Shown: in pieces, positions 18,062 to 27,771 of the stretch
Position numbering within the stretch: the first letter of the stretch is position 1
How the letters are laid out: the number at the start of each line of letters is the position of its first letter
DNA from: a virus
Lineage: Duplodnaviria; Caudoviricetes
Virus record (IMG/VR): IMGVR_UViG_3300023053_000001
Coordinates: 128,001 to 192,000 of that record
Length of the DNA: 64,000 nucleotides
Reading direction: 5' to 3' (one strand)
The notes under the pieces: generated by a model
What the model was told of the DNA's origin: nothing
The model's input: only the letters and a program-made list of their open reading frames with translations
Database searches by the model: none
Position numbers and translations under genes: made by a program

Positions 18062-20557
18062 ATGTGTTTAAGCCATAGTACCGTCATGATCGCCGATTTG
18101 TTTGAATTGAAGGGCTATCACCGGATCATGTTGTCCGGTGGCGATCACATTCGAATTCGTTTCGAAGAGATCGTCCAGTTGATTCTGGGTACCAATGGCA
18201 GCGGTAAAAGCTCCCTGCTAGCGGAGCTGTCTCCGCTGCCGGCGGCATCTGGTCATTTTGCCAAGGGTGGGTTCAAGCGCATCCACTACACCCACCGCGG
18301 TATGCGGTATGAGTTGTTCTCCAGCTTCAAAGATGGTGGTGCCGGTCACCACGACTTCATCTGCGACGGCGTCGAACTCAACCCGGGTCACACCAGTAAA
18401 GCACAGGCCGAGCTGGCACGGGAACACTTCGGTTGGTCCAATGACCTGCACCAGTTGATGACCGGTCGCATCCGGTTCTCGACCATGGGTCCGGCCAAGC
18501 GCCGCGATTGGATTCAGCGCCTGTCCACCGTGGACTACCGCTACGCGCTGAGTGTGTTCCACAAACTGGCCAAGAAGTCTCGCGACACCTCCGGTTCGCT
18601 CAATCGCGTCAACGCCCGCTTGACTCAGGAATCCAACAACCTGAAGATGGTCGAAGGTGATGACGTGGCGACCATGGAGGCGCGTGTGGCCACGCTGCGT
18701 CATGAAGTCAATCTGCTGCTGACCTCCCAAGACCCCAACGCCAAACCGTTGCTGGCAGCGCAGAGCCGACTGAACGAATGTCTGCAGCAAGCCGAGACAC
18801 TGTCCCGTCGCATCCTCGCTCGCAAGATCTTGCCGGTGGAGGGTGAGTACACCGGGATGGATCAGGTCATGTCGGCCATCGTGCATCTGGATGGGTCGAT
18901 CAACACCAACCGTGCCCTGTACCAGCGTGCCACTCGTGAGTACGCCGATCTGGATGCACTGGCGGCTGATCTGGGCGCCATCGGTGAAGAGATCCCTGAA
19001 GATCTGCCCGGGGTGGTGGAAAAAGCCCGTGCGGTTCTGGCCGACACCAAGGCGCGTCTGAATCGTTTCAAGGATCTGCAGTTCACCAGCCGAATGTACT
19101 CAGACACCCAACAGGTGGTCCCGGCTCTGCTGGAACTGTTCTCCCTGATGCCGGACAACTCGGACATGAGCTACAGCCCCAAGGCTGTGGAAGAGTCCAA
19201 GCAGCGCCGTACTGAGATCTTGCAAGAGATCGATCGAGCCACCAACCGACTGGTCCAGATCCATCACCGTCGACAGACGATCAATGAAGCGCGGGACATG
19301 ACCTGTCCTTCGTGTAAGTACGTCTGGCGTCCGGGCTACTCCGAAGCGGAAGTAGCTGAACTGGATAAGTGGGAAAGTGAGCAGAACGCCATCGTCGAAG
19401 CGGCGCAGCTGCGCCGTAAGGTCGAAGATGAGTTCATGGAGAAGTACGATGAAGTGGCTGCCCAATACACCCGTCTGCGCGGTTACGTGAACGGGTATCC
19501 GACCATGGCACCGCTGTGGTCGTTGATTCTGGACAACCGCCTGCATCTGAACAAGCCCAACGAACAGCGTTCGGTGTTCATCGACTGGAGTAACGATGTC
19601 ACCTTGGCCATGCAGATCCACGAGCAGACCGAGCGATTGACCCATCTGGAGAACCTGCTGCGCCGTCAGGCCGATGGCAGTTTGTCTCAACTGGGGACTC
19701 GCCGCCAGTTGCTCACCGATGAAATCGAGCGATTGCAGCAGGAGAACAAGACCCTGCGTATTCAGCGCGATCAGTTGGATGTGTATCGCCGCGAGAGCCA
19801 GGTGCAGATCGATGATGCCATGACCGTACATCGCACGATCATGGCCGCTCACGAAGCCGTACAGGCCGTTGTGGGCGCACTGCGTAATAATGCGTTGAAT
19901 CAGGTTGCCTACGGTCATCAAGACGAACTGGCCACCATTCAGCGTCGTCTGTCCGATCGTCAGACCCTGACGGGTATCGTCGATGACCTGACCCGCTTCC
20001 GCGATCAGGAGCAACTGGATCATGCCGCTCTGGCGCTGTTGGCCGATGAGCTTTCCCCGACCGAGGGCATGATTGCAGAAGACTTGGTGGGCTTCATCAC
20101 TTGTCTGGTGGAGCAGATCAATTCGATCATCGCCCAAGTCTGGACGCTGGACTTGCAGGTCAAGCCATGTGGATTGGAATCGGGTGAACTGAACTACAAG
20201 TTCCCGGTCTACTCTCCGGCTTCGATCCACAAGCCTGCCGGCGACATCGATCAAGCATCAGAAGGTCAGCAGGCAATGATTGACATGGCGTTTGTCATGA
20301 CGGTCATGCTGTATCTGGATCTGCACGAGGCCCCGTTATTTTTGGACGAGCCGGGCAGAACCTTTGATGACCAACACCGCATCAACCTGATGGGATTCAT
20401 TCGGCAACTGGTTGACAGTGCGAAGTATCCGCAGTTCTTCATCATCTCCCACTACGCTTCTAACCATGGAGCGTTCACCAAGGCGGATGTGATTGCACTG
20501 GATACCACCAACGTTGCCGTCCCGCAGAACTGTAACCAAAACGTGACCCTGCTGTAA
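18062..20557 (+). CDS. sbcC: SbcC/Rad50-like SMC ATPase
   Basis: Walker A GTNGSGKSS, long coiled coils, central zinc hook CPSC, signature ASEGQQ, Walker B/D-loop LFLDEPGRTFD, H-loop ISH. Confidence 0.9.
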   Translation: MCLSHSTVMIADLFELKGYHRIMLSGGDHIRIRFEEIVQLILGTNGSGKSSLLAELSPLPAASGHFAKGGFKRIHYTHRGMRYELFSSFKDGGAGHHDFICDGVELNPGHTSKAQAELAREHFGWSNDLHQLMTGRIRFSTMGPAKRRDWIQRLSTVDYRYALSVFHKLAKKSRDTSGSLNRVNARLTQESNNLKMVEGDDVATMEARVATLRHEVNLLLTSQDPNAKPLLAAQSRLNECLQQAETLSRRILARKILPVEGEYTGMDQVMSAIVHLDGSINTNRALYQRATREYADLDALAADLGAIGEEIPEDLPGVVEKARAVLADTKARLNRFKDLQFTSRMYSDTQQVVPALLELFSLMPDNSDMSYSPKAVEESKQRRTEILQEIDRATNRLVQIHHRRQTINEARDMTCPSCKYVWRPGYSEAEVAELDKWESEQNAIVEAAQLRRKVEDEFMEKYDEVAAQYTRLRGYVNGYPTMAPLWSLILDNRLHLNKPNEQRSVFIDWSNDVTLAMQIHEQTERLTHLENLLRRQADGSLSQLGTRRQLLTDEIERLQQENKTLRIQRDQLDVYRRESQVQIDDAMTVHRTIMAAHEAVQAVVGALRNNALNQVAYGHQDELATIQRRLSDRQTLTGIVDDLTRFRDQEQLDHAALALLADELSPTEGMIAEDLVGFITCLVEQINSIIAQVWTLDLQVKPCGLESGELNYKFPVYSPASIHKPAGDIDQASEGQQAMIDMAFVMTVMLYLDLHEAPLFLDEPGRTFDDQHRINLMGFIRQLVDSAKYPQFFIISHYASNHGAFTKADVIALDTTNVAVPQNCNQNVTLL

Positions 20558-20590
20558 GGGTCACGCCTTTTTCAACCACCTGGAAACCTC

Positions 20591-22576
20591 ATGAGCAACC
20601 AGCTTCCCTCCCGCATCCAGACCCTGCTGAACCTGCCCCAGGACGCGATGACCGCCCACATCCTGCGCGATCAGGTCGCCCAGCTGCAGCTGAACCGCAT
20701 GCTGATCAGCACCATCGCGCAGGCCTCGGCCAATCCGAATGCCACGCTGATGCTGCAGAACGCCTACCAGCAGCAGCTGAACCAGTTCTACGGATCGGTC
20801 GAGAACCTGTTCAGCGACTACTTCAACGCACACGGCCCGGTGGCGCATCAGCTCAAGCGCATCGCCCACGCCGGCGTGGACCCGGACATCACCCGCGAAG
20901 TCGTCGATCGCCTGCTCACCGAAAACCTGCCGACCATCTTCGAGGGCGAGCTGAACGGTGATCGCTACGACATCAACGAAGAAATCCACGCCCGCGTCAA
21001 CAACACCTTCGGCGTCAACAGCCAGCGCGTCTGGAACCATGCGGCAATCGAGGCGATCTTCGAAGACCTGCGTGCTCGCAAGCTGGCCGCCGATCCGTCC
21101 GATGCGCACTACGCCGACATCAACACGATGCTGCTGCGCATGACCGGCGATGATGGTCAGCCGGTGTACGGCCTGCGTCTGGTGGTCAAGAACGCCAACA
21201 ACACGATCATCACCTTCGTGGAGAAGGAAGAGTCCATCGAAGCGGCCACCGAGGTCAAGCTGGAAGGTGCGTGGATTCCGCACAACGACAACCGCCTGGT
21301 CGGCACCTTCGCCGAAATCGACGCTGCCATGGACGCCTTCTTGGCCGAAGCCGGCATCGAAGGCATGATGGACCCGGTGGAAACCGAGTACGCCCCGGTG
21401 CGTGCCGATGACCCGTGGTCCAAGAGCGAGCTGGTGCTGGACGTGATCACCGAGCGCGGCGACATGCTGTCGCTGCTGTTCCCGAAGGACTACCCGGTGG
21501 TGGTGCCCGAAGGCGACCTGACCGGCACCCGTCCGGTGAGCGACCTGCGTGAAGATGACACCTTCACCATCGACAGCCGTCATCCCGAGTACGAAGGTCA
21601 GATCGCGCGCGTTCGCCGCGTGGCCGCCTACGACGAAACCCAGGACGAAGGCGCGGCCGAGCAGAACCTGCAGACCGTGCTGCACGTCAAGCTGCGCACC
21701 GACGCCGGCGAAGAGATCGTGGAAGTCAGTGCCCTGCATGGCCTGTTCGACGTGATCGCCGACGATGGCACCATCCAGGTGACCGACGTGCGTCACCTGC
21801 CGATCGGCGCCACCGTGCAGTACAGCCACAACCATGACCTGCTGCGCGCTGAAGTGGTCGAGATCCTGCCGACGCAGATCTACGCCAACGAAGCTACCGT
21901 GGCCGGTGTGACCGTCCTGCGTCTGGCGCGCGGTGAGTACACCTTCCACCGTTCCTTCTCCGAAGACCGCATCATCGAGATCTCCGACAGCGGCAGCGGC
22001 GATAACTGGGCCAGCGGCGTGATCGCTGATCTGCGTCCGGGCCTGTGGGCCCTCATCGATGCCGGTACGCCGGTGCAGGTGATCGCCGTCCTCAGCGAAG
22101 ACGATGATGCCCAGCAGGGCGTGCAGAACTTCGTCGATGCCGAAGAAGAAGCGCAGATCCCGGAAATCGCCCTGAACCTGCCCAAGGTCAGCCTGCTGCT
22201 GCGTCTGGACGTGGCCGAACCGGCTGAAGCCCGCTGGGTGGTCTTCCCGACCAATACCTCCTTCAGCGTGATCCCGGCCGTGCTGCCGGAAGGTGAGCTG
22301 GAGCAGTACGACCCGGCCCTGAAGTATTACGACGCCATCGGTCTGGGTGAGCGCGTGATCATCGACGGACTGATGTACTTCGTGGACGACATGGCCGACG
22401 GCGATCGCACGGCTGAGAACGGCGAGCGCTTGGACATGAGCGATAACCCGCCGTGGGTTGTTGGCCAGACCCCGTTCGAAGGTGACGTCGACGCTGACGC
22501 CGATGGTCTCGAACAGGAGCTGATCGATACCGACAGCGAAGACAGCATCCCCAACAGCGGCGAAGACCGCGCCTGA
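20591..22576 (+). CDS. Very acidic hypothetical protein, probably highly expressed
   Basis: Strong C/G-ending codon bias; D/E-rich with an acidic C-terminal tail. Confidence 0.8.
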   Translation: MSNQLPSRIQTLLNLPQDAMTAHILRDQVAQLQLNRMLISTIAQASANPNATLMLQNAYQQQLNQFYGSVENLFSDYFNAHGPVAHQLKRIAHAGVDPDITREVVDRLLTENLPTIFEGELNGDRYDINEEIHARVNNTFGVNSQRVWNHAAIEAIFEDLRARKLAADPSDAHYADINTMLLRMTGDDGQPVYGLRLVVKNANNTIITFVEKEESIEAATEVKLEGAWIPHNDNRLVGTFAEIDAAMDAFLAEAGIEGMMDPVETEYAPVRADDPWSKSELVLDVITERGDMLSLLFPKDYPVVVPEGDLTGTRPVSDLREDDTFTIDSRHPEYEGQIARVRRVAAYDETQDEGAAEQNLQTVLHVKLRTDAGEEIVEVSALHGLFDVIADDGTIQVTDVRHLPIGATVQYSHNHDLLRAEVVEILPTQIYANEATVAGVTVLRLARGEYTFHRSFSEDRIIEISDSGSGDNWASGVIADLRPGLWALIDAGTPVQVIAVLSEDDDAQQGVQNFVDAEEEAQIPEIALNLPKVSLLLRLDVAEPAEARWVVFPTNTSFSVIPAVLPEGELEQYDPALKYYDAIGLGERVIIDGLMYFVDDMADGDRTAENGERLDMSDNPPWVVGQTPFEGDVDADADGLEQELIDTDSEDSIPNSGEDRA

Positions 22577-22593
22577 GCCACAAGGAACCACTC

Positions 22594-23886
22594 GTGAATT
22601 TTCTGAAAACCAACCTGCTGACGGATCTGCTGCTGCAACAGCAGTTGAACTTCGGCCGCGTGCTGGCTCAGACTTCCCGCCATGCCGAGCAACTGCTCGG
22701 CAATTGGGAGGGCGGCCTGCGCAGCGCGCTCAATGAGCTGAACCGTCAGACCAACGATGATGTCCTCATCGGTTCCGGTCCCAATGCTCAGGCACTGGCC
22801 ATCCTCAACCGTGCCCAGATTGCCGCCGGCAAGAAGGTGCTGTTGACCGAAGAGCAGATCCTCAAGCGTCTGCCGGCCATCACCCCTTCGCCGAAGGTGC
22901 TGGCCTTCCACAGCTACGATGATGAGCAGTGGATTGAAGTGCGGAAGACCTTCAAGGAAGACAACGACGATCAGCTGTACAACATCGCCTTCAACGACAT
23001 GCAGCTGATTGCTTCCCGGCTCGAAGTCACCTCGCGCCTGAATCGCCACCGGATCATCGGCGATGTGCTGCAGAGCTGGGGTGAGCTGGCCGAGAAGTTC
23101 GGCGTGCACGATCAGCCGCTGGACCTGATCAAGTTCGACGGCAATGAAAAGCCGGGCCTGTATCCGGGCGTGAACATCGACATGGTCCGTGACGACATGG
23201 GCGGCGTGGAAGAAACCCACTTCCTGCTGCTGCCGGTGATCTCCGACAACCGCTCCTTCCTGCTGGCCACCCGTAAGGAAGTGCGGTTCCTGACCTGGGT
23301 CGAGCTGGAACAGATCTGGTCGCTGCACAACCGTCATGAAGTGGTCAACCACGCACATGTCGCCCAGGCAGTGAGCGCATGGGCCGGCAGCTACGTGGAC
23401 GGAAAGGACCTGCAGGCCATGCTGCGCTCGCTGCGCGCACGCTTCGACCAGGTCCTGCCGATGTCCGCCGATGACTGGTGTGGTGAGCTGAAGCGCGCCA
23501 ACGCTTTCGTCGGTGAACCGTTCGTCGTCTCCGAGCACGACAACAACATCCGCCTGGTGAGTCGCCGTGTCGAACTGCGCCTGTCGATGGAACCGGTCGG
23601 TGAAAGTCCGGACGGTCCGACGCTGAAGCTGAAGGAAGGTGGCCTGGCACTGCACATGGTGCGCCCGGCCGATCAGCAGGCTCGCATCCCGCAGTGGAGC
23701 GACCTGACCAACCTCACCCAGCAGGAGGTCGCCGACACCCTGGGTAAGTTGACCGAGCAGTTTCTGCAGAACCAGCTCGAGGCCAACAACGTGGTGGCTC
23801 AGCCGCAGAAAACCACCAAAGCCAAGAAGGCTGCCCCGGTCGCCAAGAAGGCCGTGAAGAAAGCTGCTCCCCGCAAGGGACGCTGA
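22594..23886 (+). CDS. Hypothetical protein with Lys/Ala-rich (histone H1-like) C-terminal tail
   Basis: GTG start after AAGGAA; ends KTTKAKKAAPVAKKAVKKAAPRKGR. Confidence 0.8.
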   Translation: MNFLKTNLLTDLLLQQQLNFGRVLAQTSRHAEQLLGNWEGGLRSALNELNRQTNDDVLIGSGPNAQALAILNRAQIAAGKKVLLTEEQILKRLPAITPSPKVLAFHSYDDEQWIEVRKTFKEDNDDQLYNIAFNDMQLIASRLEVTSRLNRHRIIGDVLQSWGELAEKFGVHDQPLDLIKFDGNEKPGLYPGVNIDMVRDDMGGVEETHFLLLPVISDNRSFLLATRKEVRFLTWVELEQIWSLHNRHEVVNHAHVAQAVSAWAGSYVDGKDLQAMLRSLRARFDQVLPMSADDWCGELKRANAFVGEPFVVSEHDNNIRLVSRRVELRLSMEPVGESPDGPTLKLKEGGLALHMVRPADQQARIPQWSDLTNLTQQEVADTLGKLTEQFLQNQLEANNVVAQPQKTTKAKKAAPVAKKAVKKAAPRKGR

Positions 23887-23914
23887 TCCTGTGATCTGTT
23901 CAGGGTGAAGTGTC

Positions 23915-24328
23915 ATGTTCAAGTTCGAGCAACGTAGTTACAGTGCTGATGCGGTCCGTGCTTTAATAGAGCTTGCAGCCCGTGGCGAGTCTAAGGTAGT
24001 GGAGTCCGTTCTGGGCATCGCTACTCTTGCTGCGTTCTACAATGCTCGACCCGGCGCCAATTACCAGGTGATGTCTCTGTTGAGGGCCATCTTGGTAGGC
24101 ATGGCCGGGAATGATCCGGTGGATGTCCAGCTCACGCTGGTTGTGCACCTGATCCGGGTGAGGTTGAAGGACCAGAACGTTCCGCACTACCGCATCCATG
24201 AGGCAGCTGAGAACTACGTGCGAGAGATGGACCTGTCCCCACTCTTCAAGTTGCAGGTCAAACAAGCCCTGTTTGATCGAGGTGAGGTTTCCGGCAACGG
24301 CATCACCATCTTGCGTCAACGGAGCTGA
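23915..24328 (+). CDS. Hypothetical protein
   Basis: 137-aa ORF filling the gap before a terminator-like element. Confidence 0.65.
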   Translation: MFKFEQRSYSADAVRALIELAARGESKVVESVLGIATLAAFYNARPGANYQVMSLLRAILVGMAGNDPVDVQLTLVVHLIRVRLKDQNVPHYRIHEAAENYVREMDLSPLFKLQVKQALFDRGEVSGNGITILRQRS

Positions 24329-24371
24329 CATAAACCCCTCCCACCCTTTGCGGGGTGGGAGGGGACTTATG
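24329..24371. terminator. CATA-stem-loop-TATG element 3
   Basis: CATAAACCCCTCCCACCC..GGGTGGGAGGGGACTTATG between convergent genes. Confidence 0.7.
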
Positions 24372-24374
24372 CCG

Positions 24375-24992
24375 TTACTGTGGCGTCCAGCCGTTTTGAC
24401 GCATGAACGCTTCGTACTGGGCGATGACCTGCGTCAGTTCGGAGATTCGTGCGTTGGCAGCCAGCAGGCGGGCCAGGTCGGTTTCACTGTTGGTGATCGC
24501 ATCCTGTCGAGCCTGCATCCAGTTGGCGTGCTGAGCAGCCGTCATGTAGTTATCGCTGGGGGCGACGTTGACTTCCACCGTAGCCTGTACGCCAGTAACA
24601 CTGGCCACAGCCGTGGTGATCTGATCCTTCAGATACGTCAGGTCCATCGAGTCGGGAATCGCACCCATCGAGATACCCATCACCACATGGCTGTAAGCCA
24701 CGTTGTCCATCAGGGGGTAGCCCGTCAGGTAGGTGGTGGGAATGTACATGTTCGGTCGGGTACGCGAAGCCAAGGTGACAATCTTGGCACCGGCAACCTG
24801 ATCGGCCTGGTACTTCTCACGCGGCACGTTGTGCGGCTTGTACACCAGATCGAAGACATCCACACCGAGATCGGTGAAGTCCGCGAAATCACGTACAGCA
24901 ATGCACTCATACACCGAGTTGGCCGGCATCTGCCACGGCGAGGCCACCTGATAGAAACCCACCGCACCGATCTGAGGAATGATCGCAGACAT
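24375..24992 (-). CDS. phiKZ-like conserved hypothetical (likely virion) protein
   Basis: 205 aa, AAGGAG RBS, C-terminal coiled coil, co-transcribed with the upstream structural gene. Confidence 0.65.
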   Translation of the reverse strand: MSAIIPQIGAVGFYQVASPWQMPANSVYECIAVRDFADFTDLGVDVFDLVYKPHNVPREKYQADQVAGAKIVTLASRTRPNMYIPTTYLTGYPLMDNVAYSHVVMGISMGAIPDSMDLTYLKDQITTAVASVTGVQATVEVNVAPSDNYMTAAQHANWMQARQDAITNSETDLARLLAANARISELTQVIAQYEAFMRQNGWTPQ

Positions 24993-25002
24993 CGCTTACT
25001 CC

Positions 25003-27144
25003 TTAGGTCAGTTCGAGGATGTACAGGTCGAACTCGGTATCGGCCACGGCACCGTTGGCGTCAGTTGCACGCACGGTGAGCTTGGTCGGGCCGCCACGAC
25101 GGAAGGTCGCGCGATACACGCCGGTCACCGGATCGATGCTCTGGGCTTCGACGTAGTCGTGCTTGGGCTTGGGCAGGCTGTAGGTGTACGGAGCGGTACC
25201 GCCCAGTGCACGGAACAGTTCCTGGTACTCGTTGCTCTGACTACCGTTCTCCAGCGTGGTCACTCCTTCCACACCCTGCACGGTCACGCGCAGCGGGGAG
25301 CTGGTCACCGGCGGCGAAGCCCGGTTGAAGGACAGCTTGGACACCACCAGGTACTGCACGTTCTGGTAGCTGGAGACCACGTAGATCACCGAGCTACCAT
25401 CAGCACGCTTGCGCGTCAGACGGGTGTAGCCGGCCGGGATGTCGGAGAACTCGGTCATGTCCTCGGCGATCTTCATCAGCGTGTGGAGTTTCTCCACAAA
25501 GCCCTGCGTGATCGGGTCCATGCGGTCATGGTCCAGATGGCTGGTGCTCACGGCGATGTAGTCGGTCCACTGGTCGAAGAACTTGTTCACCCCATCCCGG
25601 TTCTGCGGACCGCCCACGGCCAGCAACGTCACGGTCTTGTAGGAGGTCGGAACCACCGAGTTGACCTTGTCGATGTGGGCGTTGTTGTAAGCGGTACCGA
25701 TGGAGAACAGGCGAGCCAACGGATTGGCGCGAGCCACTTCCACCACCGGCGAGTACAGACCCGGGTCCAGCGTCTTGTTGGGAATCGCGTAGGGATTCCA
25801 CTGCGGGATCAGGATGAACTCGGTGGAGGTGAAGATGTCCGGGAAGATCTCAGCCCATTCCTCACGGGTATGGGTGGAGTTGCCCAGAATCCACTCGATC
25901 AGACGTTCCTTGTAGGCGTCGATGTTGTCACCGGCCGCACCGTAGATCAGCGAACGCCAGTTGGTCGGCAGACGGTAGGTCGGGTCATCCGGATCACGGA
26001 ACTCGAACATCGTCGACTTGGCGATCGTGTAGGGATCGCCGGCGGCCAGCTGCTGCAGCTTCAGGAACACTTCTTCGTCGGTCCGCTTGGCAACCAGCTC
26101 TTCGACTTGACCGCGGGTCTTGAAGAAGTCATCCAGGTTGTCAATCGGTGCCAGATGGGCGAACTCGTATTCGTCGTACTGGGTGGAGAAGGCCGCGTTG
26201 GACATCCACAGCTTGACACGGGCCTTGGCCATGTAACCCGGGCTCGGGTCGGCACGGGCGGCGAGGAACGCATCACCGTTGATGCTCTGCAGCTGCTGCG
26301 GCTGGTCTTCCAGCAAGTAGAAGGTGATCGACTCGGGCAGCCAGATGGTGCCCTGCTGGATCATGGTCGCCACGGTCACATCGTAGATGCGCGTACCGAA
26401 TTCAGCCAGCACCGCCTGACGGAAGATTTCCGTGCTGGCAGTGAAGCTGCCATTCATGGCTTCGTTCCACATCCACGTGCCCATCGTGGCCAGCAGATCG
26501 CCGATGGTCAGGGGCGTATCCACCGCACCGTCGGCGGCCGTGCGCGAGGAGAACACGGTGGCCGTGATGGCCGTGCTGTTGGAACCGGCCACGCCGGCAG
26601 TGAACAGCTCACGGTCACGGGAGAAGGTCTGGCTGCGAACGCTCAGTTCACCCAGCGGGGCAACCTGATGTTCATCGTTGTTGGTCAGCGCACCGAAGGA
26701 CATGAAAGCCTTGCAGCTGAACGTGTCCGCGCCCTCGGGCAGTTCCGGGGTTTCACCACCACCACCGCCGTTACCGTCGGGGTCTTGCACCAGCATGTCG
26801 ATGGCGTAGACGTTGCCGGTACGCACACGCATCTGGATCACGAACGGGTAGTCCGGTTCCAGATTGACGCCGTAGTTGAAGGTCTCACCCGGCTGCAGCT
26901 CGATGCTGTCGTTCCAGGCGTTGGGACCACTCTGGGAGAAGTAGAGCGTGACGATGCTGGCGCCGCGGTTGTCGAACACCGCATGGAAGGTATCGCCGGC
27001 GGCCGGCATCGCATTGTCCGGGGACTGCAGCGTGACCTCGTTGGAGCCAACGACAGCGATGGACCCATTGCTGGAGTTGTAACCCTCCGGCGGAACGTTA
27101 CCGAAGTCATCGGTGAACGCATTGGGGTTCTTGAAAATGTTCAT
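25003..27144 (-). CDS. Virion structural protein with appended N-terminal beta domain and C-terminal Ig-like domain
   Basis: Core begins near KAF..LTNN..VAPLGELS after a GNGGGGG linker. C-terminus GGTAPYTYS..IDPVTG..LTVRATDANG is He_PIG/Ig-like. Confidence 0.65.
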   Translation of the reverse strand: MNIFKNPNAFTDDFGNVPPEGYNSSNGSIAVVGSNEVTLQSPDNAMPAAGDTFHAVFDNRGASIVTLYFSQSGPNAWNDSIELQPGETFNYGVNLEPDYPFVIQMRVRTGNVYAIDMLVQDPDGNGGGGGETPELPEGADTFSCKAFMSFGALTNNDEHQVAPLGELSVRSQTFSRDRELFTAGVAGSNSTAITATVFSSRTAADGAVDTPLTIGDLLATMGTWMWNEAMNGSFTASTEIFRQAVLAEFGTRIYDVTVATMIQQGTIWLPESITFYLLEDQPQQLQSINGDAFLAARADPSPGYMAKARVKLWMSNAAFSTQYDEYEFAHLAPIDNLDDFFKTRGQVEELVAKRTDEEVFLKLQQLAAGDPYTIAKSTMFEFRDPDDPTYRLPTNWRSLIYGAAGDNIDAYKERLIEWILGNSTHTREEWAEIFPDIFTSTEFILIPQWNPYAIPNKTLDPGLYSPVVEVARANPLARLFSIGTAYNNAHIDKVNSVVPTSYKTVTLLAVGGPQNRDGVNKFFDQWTDYIAVSTSHLDHDRMDPITQGFVEKLHTLMKIAEDMTEFSDIPAGYTRLTRKRADGSSVIYVVSSYQNVQYLVVSKLSFNRASPPVTSSPLRVTVQGVEGVTTLENGSQSNEYQELFRALGGTAPYTYSLPKPKHDYVEAQSIDPVTGVYRATFRRGGPTKLTVRATDANGAVADTEFDLYILELT

Positions 27145-27725
27145 GGATTACTCCGGTACGGGGTAGCGGCTGGATAGGACAGGCACTGGTTCAACTCAGA
27201 CGGATACACTCGGCGCATTGCCCGAGCTTTGCTGTCCTTGTAAATCCGGTGGTGATACAAAACGTCAGGCAGGTCAATCACGTTCAAATTGGCAACGTGA
27301 GCGATCTGGGCAATGTCGCCGGCGCAGGGGTAGGGGCGATGATCAATGATGTGGATGCGCCGATATACAGGAAGGTGGTGCCGCTGGTGACCTGGACGGT
27401 TACCCACACCACAATGTTCCTGCTCTTTCGGAAAGACAGCATCGGGCCATGACTGCAAAGCCTTTGCGATCACCGCAAAGGCGCTCGGTTCGATGTAATC
27501 GTCGTCATCAACATATGTCACGTATGGCGCAGAGCCTTGCTGGTAAGCCAGCCAGCGCCCTTTGCCGATATGTCCGTCCACCCCTGCTTGCACGAACAAC
27601 TGAACTGGTACTGGCGATTGAGAGATCGCCAAGGAGATACTATCCAAGCACTGCAGTACCCAAGCCTTGGGAGTCGAAGGACTCACGAGCACATGCACGT
27701 CTATTGACAAGGATTGGTCGTACAT
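27141..27725 (-). CDS. GT-A fold family 2 glycosyltransferase
   Basis: IDVHVLV start strand, GHIGKGR..A..QGSAPYVTYVDDDDYIEP (DxD motif). Likely start MYDQS at 27725. Stop overlaps the next gene's start (ATGA). Confidence 0.75.
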   Translation of the reverse strand: MYDQSLSIDVHVLVSPSTPKAWVLQCLDSISLAISQSPVPVQLFVQAGVDGHIGKGRWLAYQQGSAPYVTYVDDDDYIEPSAFAVIAKALQSWPDAVFPKEQEHCGVGNRPGHQRHHLPVYRRIHIIDHRPYPCAGDIAQIAHVANLNVIDLPDVLYHHRIYKDSKARAMRRVYPSELNQCLSYPAATPYRSNP

Positions 27726-27771
27726 AGATAGCCCTCCACCGTCTATACCATTAATCGCTTCGAGGCCCACA

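Noticed and set aside
18062-20557. SbcC without an adjacent SbcD as a novel SMC system
   Set aside because: The nuclease partner is commonly encoded elsewhere in phiKZ-like genomes, so its absence from this window is uninformative
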